Shown here one piece after another: positions 1 through 7,936 of a stretch of DNA of 53,897 nt. The first letter of the stretch is position 1. Each line of letters opens with the position of its first letter. The notes beneath the pieces are model-generated. The model was not told where the DNA came from. It did no database searches and saw only the letters and a program-made list of their open reading frames with translations. The stretch is from IMG/VR virus record IMGVR_UViG_3300013094_000063, positions 1 to 53,897 of that record, one strand, 5' to 3'. The stretch comes from a virus. Lineage: Duplodnaviria; Caudoviricetes. The translations under genes and the position numbers were made by a program.

Positions 1-156
1 AGCGACACGAAAGAATTCGAAGTGATATTTGTAGGACTCAATGCTCCAGGTGAGGATTCTACTATATTTTATCAAAACATAGCAACCAAAGAAAGTTATA
101 GTTGTTGGGAAGGAGCATTCCTTTCTAGGTTTACAGAGATAAAGAATTATGGATAA
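1..156 (+). CDS. Hypothetical phage protein, 3' part only (truncated by window start)
   Basis: Frame 1 is open from base 1 (SDTKEFEV...YSCWEGAFLSRFTEIKNYG) to TAA at 154-156 and overlaps the next ATG at 149. Not in the ORF track. Confidence 0.7.
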   Translation, partial: SDTKEFEVIFVGLNAPGEDSTIFYQNIATKESYSCWEGAFLSRFTEIKNYG

Positions 157-550
157 TCAAATTTTTGCAGGTATACCCGACTGTCTCGAGGACAGTGATG
201 CTCCTTGGACCGAACTGATCAGTGAAGATTATCACGTGAAGGTTTTCGCGGACAAGTATCCTTGTACGCCGGGGCACCTACTCTACGTGCCTAAATATAA
301 TACATTAGGAGTATTAAGTGATGCGTTTGAAGATGCTGTTAGATACGGTAAAACAATGGTCTCGTCCGGTGAATGGGACGGTTTCAATATTGGATTTAAT
401 GCAGGCCAGGCTGCTGGTCAAACTGTCAACTGGCCTCACATACATCTTATCCCCCGTCGTAAAGGTGATGTTGAAGATCCGATCGGCGGCGTTAGGAATA
501 CAATCCCGGGCAAGGGTAACTATCGCTCGCCGAACTATAGAGCAGATTAA
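149..550 (+). CDS. HIT-family nucleotide hydrolase
   Basis: DKYPCTPGHLLYVPK, FNIGFNAGQAAGQTV and WPHIHLIPRRKGD (histidine-triad variant, first His replaced by Trp). Confidence 0.92.
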   Translation: MDNQIFAGIPDCLEDSDAPWTELISEDYHVKVFADKYPCTPGHLLYVPKYNTLGVLSDAFEDAVRYGKTMVSSGEWDGFNIGFNAGQAAGQTVNWPHIHLIPRRKGDVEDPIGGVRNTIPGKGNYRSPNYRAD

Positions 551-986
551 ACCTATTGATTTCGAGTGGAGGACACCAGGCTGTAATAGTCAAGGATTCC
601 TGGCGCAGACAGTGGGCACTGTTCCTTTCAATGCTGGAACAGGATTAACCTATGCCGTTCCTACCAACGTTCCAAACACCATCACGTTCAACCAGAATAA
701 TAAACCTGTGCTAACCATAAAACAGGATGGTGATATAGAATGGACTGGCAAACCCAGCGAAGCCGCTGATGCCATAATGCGGGTCCTACAGATCCGGGTG
801 GAGGACAAGAAAGGTATAACCAAGGCCGCTCGACGTAGATACTATGCCATGGCCTGCCGTAATATTTTGGAGCAAGCAGAGAATATGGAATATGAAGAAT
901 TCCTTGCTTATCTAAATAGAGAAGTGTATAATAGAGAAAGTAAAGTAATAATGGATAGCCTAAAAGGAGAAGAAGATGCAGGTTAA
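318..986 (+). CDS. Hypothetical protein; true start probably downstream of ~540
   Basis: Open frame fills the gap between the HIT gene and the next gene, and its stop overlaps the next start. The first ~75 codons overlap HIT and are probably not translated. First in-frame GTG after HIT is at 612. Confidence 0.6.
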   Translation: MMRLKMLLDTVKQWSRPVNGTVSILDLMQARLLVKLSTGLTYILSPVVKVMLKIRSAALGIQSRARVTIARRTIEQIKPIDFEWRTPGCNSQGFLAQTVGTVPFNAGTGLTYAVPTNVPNTITFNQNNKPVLTIKQDGDIEWTGKPSEAADAIMRVLQIRVEDKKGITKAARRRYYAMACRNILEQAENMEYEEFLAYLNREVYNRESKVIMDSLKGEEDAG

Positions 987-1167
987 AGCAGATAAAGAAG
1001 TAGGTAGTTGTGGTTGCGGTCGTAGTCCAACAGGTCATTGTATAGGCTGGCACGCCTTGGGTGAAGATGAATATAGAGAGCGTTTGGCCTTATATGAAGA
1101 TACCCAAGCGGCACTGAACAAGATGCCGAACTATATGCCTCCAGGTGCAGGAGCAGGTGGTCAATGA
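976..1167 (+). CDS. Small CDGSH-like (3Cys-1His) iron-sulfur/zinc-binding protein
   Basis: CGCGRSPTGHCIGWH resembles the CDGSH motif C-x-C-x2-S-x5-C-D-G-S-H; AAGGAG RBS upstream. Confidence 0.7.
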   Translation: MQVKADKEVGSCGCGRSPTGHCIGWHALGEDEYRERLALYEDTQAALNKMPNYMPPGAGAGGQ

Positions 1168-1173
1168 TAAATA
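1166..1173 (+). promoter_or_regulatory. T4-late-type promoter box (GATAAATA) for the HNH gene
   Basis: ATAAATA at 1167-1173 overlaps the upstream TGA; same box precedes many structural genes in the window. Confidence 0.7.
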
Positions 1174-1245
1174 ATAGTGGGCGAACGGACTGATCCTCCT
1201 TCTGTGCCAGTAACGCAGATAGCCCCTTATTACTTTACTGGAGTA
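1172..1245 (+). ncRNA. Candidate structured leader RNA: three-way junction plus RBS hairpin, 7-bp kissing loop
   Basis: GGGC 1179-82/GCCC 1222-25; GGA 1187-89/TCC 1197-99; TCTGTG 1201-06/CGCAGA 1214-19 with loop CCAGTAA; TACT 1231-34/AGTA 1242-45 with loop TTACTGG, the exact complement of CCAGTAA. Confidence 0.6.
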
Positions 1246-1251
1246 TCTTAT

Positions 1252-2040
1252 ATGTCTAATGACATTAAACAATACCTTCTCAAAAATTCTGTTCTTCCTA
1301 AAGAACATATTATAGATCGATATCTAAAATTTATCGATTATTATAAAAATATTAAATTCGATGGCTATATCGAAAATCACCATATCATTCCTCGATCGTT
1401 CAAAGGTACTAATGATAAAAACAATCTAATTAAATTAGGTGCCAGACATCATTATATTGCCCACCTGTTATTAGCGAAGGCAACTAATAATCCTAAAATG
1501 ATTAAAGCATTACACAAAATGGTTTATTCAACAAAGGGCGATGTTCAACGTGATTACAAAATTACCAGCAAAATATATGCGTATCTTAGAGAAGAACACG
1601 CAAAGGTTGTTAGCGGTTATAGTAAAAATACAGTAGTCGCCAAACAAATTTATACAGAAGAAATTAAAAGAATTCCTAAAAAATTATTTAATATGTACAA
1701 TGGTATTTTATATGAAGCCTTGGCTAAAAATCGAAAAGATTCAGAAGAAACAAAAATTAAAAAACAAGCCGCTAGCAAAAGGCCGAGAGAGCCGTACAAA
1801 CAAGGATTACGAAGTAGAAGTTTAGCCGCATCTAAATATTCATACAGCACTCCCTTGGGATTTTGCGAGAACAGCAACGATTTATTAAAACTATATCCAA
1901 CATTTACCAAAAATACATTGACTGTATTAGATAATAATGCTATAATAACTAAACGATTTTGCTATTTTCATAAAGATTTTTTTCCGTATATCGGAAAGAC
2001 ATTCGAGGAATACGGCATTACTAAACAGAAAAGGATTTGA
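1252..2040 (+). CDS. Free-standing HNH homing endonuclease (Mob-like)
   Basis: ENHHIIPRSFKGTNDKNNLIKLGARHHYIAHLLL HNH motif, Lys-rich, AT-rich. Start moved from 1177 to ATG 1252 (GGAG at 1240-43). Stop directly abuts queE. Confidence 0.88.
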   Translation: MSNDIKQYLLKNSVLPKEHIIDRYLKFIDYYKNIKFDGYIENHHIIPRSFKGTNDKNNLIKLGARHHYIAHLLLAKATNNPKMIKALHKMVYSTKGDVQRDYKITSKIYAYLREEHAKVVSGYSKNTVVAKQIYTEEIKRIPKKLFNMYNGILYEALAKNRKDSEETKIKKQAASKRPREPYKQGLRSRSLAASKYSYSTPLGFCENSNDLLKLYPTFTKNTLTVLDNNAIITKRFCYFHKDFFPYIGKTFEEYGITKQKRI

Positions 2041-2916
2041 ATGTCAAAATTACATTATACAGAATTATTTTATAGCATACAGGGAGAGGGAAGATATATG
2101 GGAGTCCCAAGTGTCTTCTTGCGTACATTTGGTTGTAATTTCCGTTGCAAGAATTTTGGAAGATATGAAAAAGATATTCTCGGGGTTGATGAAACCCATA
2201 ATCCAGAAGTTGTTGAGTTTATTAAAAATATCGATCAATATAAAACATTCGGTGATTTACCGTTAGCTAAAACCGGATGTGACAGTTATAGTTCTATCTA
2301 TCCAGAATTTAAGAAATTTGTTATTAAAGAAAATTCTAACGAACTAGTAGCTCGAATCATGGAGATCCTGCCATTAGGTCATTGGAGTCAAGAGCATTTG
2401 GTCATAACAGGCGGTGAACCCCTACTAGGTTGGCAACGTGCTTATCCAGATTTACTAGATCATCCAGACATGCAGGATCTCAAAGAGATCACATTTGAAA
2501 CAAATGGTACCCAAAAACTAACTCCAGAATTCAAAGAAGCATTGAGCAAATGGAGGATTTCTAATCATCGGTTGAATAGAGAAATTACATTCAGTGTAAG
2601 TGCCAAACTTCCTTGCAGTGGTGAGAAGTGGGAAGATGCTATCAGACCAGATGTGGTATGTGATTACGAACAGTACGGTACAGCGTATCTCAAATTCGTA
2701 GTGGCTACAGAAGAAGATATCGCAGATGCCGAACGTGCTATAGACGAATTCCAACAGGCAGGATTCTCAGGACAGATTTACCTGATGCCGGTAGGAGGTG
2801 TAGAGAGCGTATATGCCTTAAATAATAAAGCAGTGGCCATGGCGGCTATGAAGCGTGGATTGAGATACAGTGATCGACTTCAAGTTCCCTTGTTCCGCAA
2901 CGCATGGGGAACGTAA
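2041..2916 (+). CDS. queE: 7-carboxy-7-deazaguanine synthase (radical SAM, QueE/NrdG family)
   Basis: ELFYSIQGEG..G.PSVFLRTFGCNFRC, CDS, VITGGEPLL, ITFETNGT, LKFVV, YLMP, RYSDRLQV motifs. Confidence 0.88.
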   Translation: MSKLHYTELFYSIQGEGRYMGVPSVFLRTFGCNFRCKNFGRYEKDILGVDETHNPEVVEFIKNIDQYKTFGDLPLAKTGCDSYSSIYPEFKKFVIKENSNELVARIMEILPLGHWSQEHLVITGGEPLLGWQRAYPDLLDHPDMQDLKEITFETNGTQKLTPEFKEALSKWRISNHRLNREITFSVSAKLPCSGEKWEDAIRPDVVCDYEQYGTAYLKFVVATEEDIADAERAIDEFQQAGFSGQIYLMPVGGVESVYALNNKAVAMAAMKRGLRYSDRLQVPLFRNAWGT

Positions 2917-2924
2917 TTAAAATA

Positions 2925-2970
2925 CCCCATTTATTTGTAAATAGTATAAATACTTTATAAACAAATGGGG
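2925..2970 (+). promoter_or_regulatory. RBS-sequestering hairpin with a late promoter (TATAAATA 2945-2952) in its loop
   Basis: CCCCATTT-a-TTTGTAAA (2925-41) pairs with TTTATAAA-c-AAATGGGG (2954-70); ATG at 2975. Same logic as T4 homing-endonuclease leaders. Confidence 0.8.
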
Positions 2971-2974
2971 AAGT

Positions 2975-3730
2975 ATGTCAAATCCAATAAACAAGAAAAC
3001 AAAAGAACAATTTATAAAAGAAATCCCAATGGAGTTAGGAATAACTATTACTGGTGATTATATCAATACTGATACAAAAATAGAGTATATATGCGAGCAC
3101 GGTACAAATTTATCGTTGCCGTGGCAAATTAAAAAAATGAAATTTTGTTGTCGCAAGGGGTACTATGCAAGTGGCAACATGTGGAAGTCTAACACCAATA
3201 CTATTGAAGATGCAAAAGAAAGAACATTGAGAGATCGCCCAGATACAGATGTATCAAATGTTTATTTTGAATGGGACGGGCGGTATAAAAGACTGTATGG
3301 TATTAGATGTACCATACACAATATTGAATATTCGAGTATATTAGGAAGTAAGGTAGGCATGTGTCCTACCTGTTACAAAGAACAAAATATAAAAAAGATT
3401 TTAGAAGCAGGACCAAAAGCATGGGCAAGTCAATCGACTGGCAGTTTTGTTTCTAAAGCAGAAACTAAATGGTTAGACGGATTAAACATAAAAGATAGAC
3501 AAGTGTGGCTGGAGGATGTAAAATATAAAGTAGATGGATACGATCCTATTACTAATACAGTATATTTGTATCATGGCAGATTCTGGCACGGATGCCCTAA
3601 AACTTTTGATCCAGAAATGATACATCCTATAGTAAAAATACCAATGAAAGATTTATACGAGAAAACTATGTATTACGAAAATAAAATTAAAGAAGCAGGA
3701 TATAATCTTATAGTAGAGTGGGGTACATAA
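2975..3730 (+). CDS. Putative homing endonuclease, Zn-ribbon repeats plus C-terminal Vsr/EDxHD-like nuclease domain
   Basis: ICEHG, CTIH and CPTC metal motifs; SKAETKWLD...VDGYDPITNTVYLYHGRFWHG...GYNLIVEW. Confidence 0.75.
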   Translation: MSNPINKKTKEQFIKEIPMELGITITGDYINTDTKIEYICEHGTNLSLPWQIKKMKFCCRKGYYASGNMWKSNTNTIEDAKERTLRDRPDTDVSNVYFEWDGRYKRLYGIRCTIHNIEYSSILGSKVGMCPTCYKEQNIKKILEAGPKAWASQSTGSFVSKAETKWLDGLNIKDRQVWLEDVKYKVDGYDPITNTVYLYHGRFWHGCPKTFDPEMIHPIVKIPMKDLYEKTMYYENKIKEAGYNLIVEWGT

Positions 3731-3978
3731 TGCCTATACCACAGCCACAATTCAGGACGCTTGGCGAGTTGACTGAACGGGCATTTCGTGAACGTGCAAA
3801 ATGGCAAGTGCGATATCTATGGTGGCCTAAACGCTGTAGCTTATCAGGTCAACGGCTGTGGTTCTGCCGGGCATACAAAGGCGTAGCCATGTGGACTGGC
3901 CCAGATGAACCTGTATATGAAACAAAATATCACGGTAGTGCTGAACACTTGATATGGTTATTAAAAGGAAACACATGA
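3730..3978 (+). CDS. Hypothetical protein (Trp-rich)
   Basis: TAATG coupling at 3728-3732 gives start MPIPQ; stop overlaps next ATG. Confidence 0.7.
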   Translation: MPIPQPQFRTLGELTERAFRERAKWQVRYLWWPKRCSLSGQRLWFCRAYKGVAMWTGPDEPVYETKYHGSAEHLIWLLKGNT

Positions 3979-4403
3979 TTAAAAAATTACTCAAAAAATG
4001 GATCGGATTAGATGAGATCGAAGCCGCTACCGAAATAGCCCAACAAAAATTCGTTGAAGCTACACAGGCCGCAGAAGAGGCTGTAGAAAAAGAACGATTG
4101 GCTAAACTGAGTCCAAAAGAACTAGCCACAGAGGCCAAAGAACCTTGGGTCAATGTCATACAGACACACGTTGCCAAAGATGATCTCAAGAATGGTTTTT
4201 TCGAACTTGACTGGAACGAGTATTTCGTGCTACAATTAAGAACTGCCGGATATAGTGGCACAACAGAAGAAGAAGTTGTAGATCAATGGTTCCAAGAACT
4301 CTGCAGAAACATAGGCGCTGAAGAAGGCGTTGACATGACTCGTAGAGGTAGTGGATTTGTTAATAGAGCCCTAAGAGACGATGGAAGAACTGAGGTTTAT
4401 TGA
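3975..4403 (+). CDS. Hypothetical phage protein
   Basis: ATGA overlap, AAGGA RBS; acidic protein with GFFELDWNEYF and VVDQWF; coupled to the RNase H gene. Confidence 0.8.
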   Translation: MIKKLLKKWIGLDEIEAATEIAQQKFVEATQAAEEAVEKERLAKLSPKELATEAKEPWVNVIQTHVAKDDLKNGFFELDWNEYFVLQLRTAGYSGTTEEEVVDQWFQELCRNIGAEEGVDMTRRGSGFVNRALRDDGRTEVY

Positions 4404-5395
4404 TGTCAAAGACATACATATTGGTTGATACAGCAAATTTATTCTTCCGAGCTCGTCACGTTATGCGTGGCGACCTAAATGACAAGATAGGTATCAGCAT
4501 ACACACGGTACTGAGCGGTGTTCGCAAGGCCTGGAGAGATTTCAAAGGTGATCATGTGGTATTCTGCCTAGAGGGTCGAAGTTGGCGTAAGGACTACTAC
4601 GCACCTTACAAGCGACAGCGTAGTGATGCCCGTGCCGCACAGAGCCCAAAAGAACAAGAAGAAGATCGTGTATTTTGGGAAACATTCGATCAGTTCAAAG
4701 ATTTCATCACCAACAAGACCAACTGTACTGTCTTACAGAATCCACAGTTAGAAGCAGATGATCTCATCGCTGGTTGGATACAGACGCATCCACAAGACAA
4801 TCACATCATCATATCAACTGACGGCGACTTCGCACAGCTGATAGCACCAAACGTAAAACAATACAATGGGGTCATGCAGGTCACTACTACCCACGAAGGC
4901 TATTTCGATGAAAAGGGTAAACCTGTGGTAGATAAGAAGACCAAAGAAGTGAAACCTGCTCCGGATCCAGAATGGTTGTTGTTCGAAAAATGTATGCGTG
5001 GTGATACCAGTGACAATATCTTTTCAGCCTATCCAGGCGTGAGAGAAAAAGGCACAAAAAATAAAGTTGGACTCCGTGAAGCGTTCGCCGATAGATCCAG
5101 CAAAGGCTATAATTGGAATAACATGATGCTACAGAAATGGGTAGATCACGAAGGAGTCGAACATCGTGTCCTAGATGACTATAGCCGCAATGTACGTCTC
5201 TGTGATCTTACTCAACAACCAGATGACATCAAGGAGATCATCAAGGAGACCATCTCAACCGCTACACAGGCAGAGAAATCAATTCCACAGGTAGGAGTGC
5301 GTTTCTTGAAGTTCTGTGCCGAATATGATCTACAGAAGATCAGTGAACAGATAGACAGCTATGTCCAACCATTAAATTCGAGGTATGTACTATAA
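4403..5395 (+). CDS. rnh: T4-type RNase H / 5'-3' exonuclease (FEN family)
   Basis: ILVDTANLFFRA, SWRK..Y..YK, LEADDLIA, STDGDFAQL, GDTSDNI motifs; TGATG coupling. Confidence 0.92.
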   Translation: MSKTYILVDTANLFFRARHVMRGDLNDKIGISIHTVLSGVRKAWRDFKGDHVVFCLEGRSWRKDYYAPYKRQRSDARAAQSPKEQEEDRVFWETFDQFKDFITNKTNCTVLQNPQLEADDLIAGWIQTHPQDNHIIISTDGDFAQLIAPNVKQYNGVMQVTTTHEGYFDEKGKPVVDKKTKEVKPAPDPEWLLFEKCMRGDTSDNIFSAYPGVREKGTKNKVGLREAFADRSSKGYNWNNMMLQKWVDHEGVEHRVLDDYSRNVRLCDLTQQPDDIKEIIKETISTATQAEKSIPQVGVRFLKFCAEYDLQKISEQIDSYVQPLNSRYVL

Positions 5396-5865
5396 TGTCA
5401 ACAACTAAAGTATTAGTTCCCAACAAGGAATGGTTAATTAAAAACGGTGAATTTAAGATCGGTAGTATAATCAAACAGAAAAAAGGTTATACCTTCAATC
5501 GTAATGGACAGAGTATTCCATTTGACGACTTAGATGAAGTCAAATCACAATTGGGAATTATTAAACTAGCCGAACCTATCAAGAAATCAACAGATACCAT
5601 AACTAATAAAGCGATCTATGATTATCCCTGCTCGAGCAAACCATACGAACCTGTCTACAGTGTCAAGGATAAATTGCCTCTATTTGCCAAGAGCTCAAAG
5701 AGCAAGAGCCAATACTGCGCCGGCTACTATGTGATCAAATTCCGTAAAGGTTGGGTTAAAAGTTTCTGTCCGAAATTAATCACATTGGAAAGATATCCTT
5801 ATCACGGACCTTTCAAGACCGAAGCAGAAATGAAGAGCATGTTAAACACGGTTAATAAATTATGA
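5395..5865 (+). CDS. Hypothetical phage protein
   Basis: TAATG-coupled ORF, 156 aa. Confidence 0.8.
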   Translation: MSTTKVLVPNKEWLIKNGEFKIGSIIKQKKGYTFNRNGQSIPFDDLDEVKSQLGIIKLAEPIKKSTDTITNKAIYDYPCSSKPYEPVYSVKDKLPLFAKSSKSKSQYCAGYYVIKFRKGWVKSFCPKLITLERYPYHGPFKTEAEMKSMLNTVNKL

Positions 5866-6083
5866 AACAGCTAAACACCTTACCTATCGAATCTTTCCTA
5901 GAAAAAGCCCGTATCGCTATACGCAGTAATCAACGCAATCTTACCTTAACCATAGATGAAGTTACCAATCTGCAGAACAGCCTAAGTGTGGTTATGACAC
6001 GTTTAACCGGAGAAATGGATCAGATAGTGGCATCTGCACAGCAGGGTCCAACAGAGGTTAAAATAGACGGTGGTGGTTTCTAA
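5862..6083 (+). CDS. Hypothetical phage protein
   Basis: ATGA overlap; 73 aa ending IDGGGF. Confidence 0.75.
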   Translation: MKQLNTLPIESFLEKARIAIRSNQRNLTLTIDEVTNLQNSLSVVMTRLTGEMDQIVASAQQGPTEVKIDGGGF

Positions 6084-6090
6084 ATTTTTG

Positions 6091-6098
6091 GATAAATA
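6091..6098 (+). promoter_or_regulatory. Late-type promoter box GATAAATA
   Basis: Intergenic, ~30 nt before GTG 6127. Confidence 0.65.
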
Positions 6099-6126
6099 TA
6101 TACGTACATTTAAGAGAGCGTATATC

Positions 6127-6426
6127 GTGAGTCGTCCAAAACCAAAAGTATTATTAGAAATCACTAACAAAAAAACCTATAAAACCGAACAGGTATTAGA
6201 AGCAGAGGCTATCTGGGCTGTGTTCTATCAGGATCAACCCATTAATCTAAAAACCAGTAGTGTGATAGTCAATCAGTTGGGTCCAAAATATAAAAAGGTT
6301 AGTTTTTCAAACTCAGGTCATGCTCTTAATCTCGCTGAAAAACTCAATAAACTATTCCAAACCCAGGACTTTTCTGTGTATAAACTTACCACGGGAGAGA
6401 AGATAACCGATGGGTCTAAAGACTGA
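6127..6426 (+). CDS. Hypothetical phage protein (MSRPKPKVLLE...)
   Basis: In-frame GTG at 6127 after a promoter box and AGAGAG; preferred over the track start at 6070. Confidence 0.75.
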   Translation: MSRPKPKVLLEITNKKTYKTEQVLEAEAIWAVFYQDQPINLKTSSVIVNQLGPKYKKVSFSNSGHALNLAEKLNKLFQTQDFSVYKLTTGEKITDGSKD

Positions 6427-6775
6427 ACTCACCCAAAAAGTAGCGGCACATCACGGACTAGAAGATAAACTTTCACAATGCCGCGTGGCATGGTGGCAGG
6501 ACCCACGTGATCAAGATTACGGATTCCAACTGACCACTGAAGGGTTTATAGCGTTGACAGATGCTGATATCAAGAGCTATCCCATAAAGTTCGAAGAAGA
6601 ACTCTATATAACCAATCAGTTGACTATTTGGTTAAACAGGCACATGCCCTGCCCATTTTTCCTAACTCGAGACAGAATCTATGTATTCAGCGAACATATG
6701 GCTGTACAACTGGTGTTGTTTTCTGGCAACCTAGAGCGTTATATACGGGCTAAAATAGATAAATTAAAAGACTGA
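6410..6775 (+). CDS. Hypothetical phage protein
   Basis: 121-aa ORF overlapping the previous gene, purine-rich RBS. Confidence 0.75.
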   Translation: MGLKTELTQKVAAHHGLEDKLSQCRVAWWQDPRDQDYGFQLTTEGFIALTDADIKSYPIKFEEELYITNQLTIWLNRHMPCPFFLTRDRIYVFSEHMAVQLVLFSGNLERYIRAKIDKLKD

Positions 6776-6804
6776 TTGATCTTTTCCAGAAATTCCTGTA
6801 TAAT
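6776..6804 (+). promoter_or_regulatory. Sigma70-type early promoter
   Basis: TTGATC-17 nt-TATAAT upstream of the MoxR gene. Confidence 0.8.
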
Positions 6805-6853
6805 AATATTATTGTAGCAACAAAATATTACCAACACACTAACAAGGAATATC

Positions 6854-7936
6854 ATGGCAGAAAAGATCAGTAGCAATCGTACAGTCACTCCAAACGAAGC
6901 CAAACGCAGTATCCGTAAATGTATCAAGGTACAGCGTCCTGTATTCATGTGGGGTCCTCCAGGTATCGGTAAAAGCGATATCGTTAAACAGATTGGCGAA
7001 GAACAAAATCGTGAAGTAATCGATGTACGTTTAAGTCTTTGGGAACCTACAGACATCAAAGGTATTCCCTATTACAACAGTAATTCAAATACTATGACAT
7101 GGGCACCTCCAGCAGAACTGCCTACTGATCCAAATTCTACTGCTATCTTATTCCTTGATGAGTTGAACTCAGCGGCTCCTGCTACACAGGCGGCGGCTTT
7201 CCAGTTGGTATTGAATCGCCGTGTTGGTACTTATGTGCTTCCAAAAGGTGTGTCAATCGTTGCCGCGGGTAATAGAGAAGCTGACAAAGGTGTTACATAT
7301 CGTATGCCAAGTCCGTTGGCCAATCGTTTCGTACACGTCGAATTGAAAAGTGATTACGAAGATTGGTTAGAGTGGGCCGTCAATAACAAGGTGCATGAGC
7401 AGGTCGTAGGTTATATTGGTTTCGCCAAAAACGACTTATATGATTTCGATCCAAAATCTAGTTCACGTGCTTTTGCCACTCCACGTTCATGGTCATTCGT
7501 AAGTGAATTGCTCAAAGATGATGACTTAGACGAAGGTACGCTGACTGATTTAGTAGCAGGTTCCGTTGGTGAAGGGCTGGCTGTGAAGTTTATGGCACAC
7601 CGCAAGGTAGCTAAACAGATGCCTAAGCCAGAAGACATCCTGTCAGGTAAAGTGGCCAAATGCGATATCAAAGAGATCTCCGCTATGTATTCGTTGACTG
7701 TGAGTATGTGTTATGAGCTCCAGACAGCTAATCAGAAAAAGGTCAAGAACTGGGATGGTATGGCAGATAACTTCTTCCAGTTTATGATGGATAATTTTCC
7801 GACTGAATTGGTAGTGATGGGAGCGAAAGTGGCTCTCACATCCTATCAGTTACCGTTCGATGCCAGCAAGTTAAAGAACTTCGATCGTTTCCATCAGCAG
7901 TATGGAAAATACATCATACAGGCGATGGAAAATTAA
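6854..7936 (+). CDS. MoxR-like AAA+ ATPase (AAA_5 type)
   Basis: Walker A GPPGIGKS, Walker B ILFLDE, AAGN sensor, LANRF arginine finger, TPRSW. Confidence 0.92.
   Translation: MAEKISSNRTVTPNEAKRSIRKCIKVQRPVFMWGPPGIGKSDIVKQIGEEQNREVIDVRLSLWEPTDIKGIPYYNSNSNTMTWAPPAELPTDPNSTAILFLDELNSAAPATQAAAFQLVLNRRVGTYVLPKGVSIVAAGNREADKGVTYRMPSPLANRFVHVELKSDYEDWLEWAVNNKVHEQVVGYIGFAKNDLYDFDPKSSSRAFATPRSWSFVSELLKDDDLDEGTLTDLVAGSVGEGLAVKFMAHRKVAKQMPKPEDILSGKVAKCDIKEISAMYSLTVSMCYELQTANQKKVKNWDGMADNFFQFMMDNFPTELVVMGAKVALTSYQLPFDASKLKNFDRFHQQYGKYIIQAMEN

Noticed and set aside
1186-1200. Hammerhead ribozyme suggested by CTGAT
   Set aside because: The core needs CUGANGA plus GAAA; the sequence is CTGATCC and no correctly placed GAAA exists.
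1172-1245. Known preQ1 riboswitch upstream of queE
   Set aside because: I cannot match the consensus of classes I-III by eye (no class I AGAGGUUCUAG-type stem with A-rich tail); kept as an unassigned structure.
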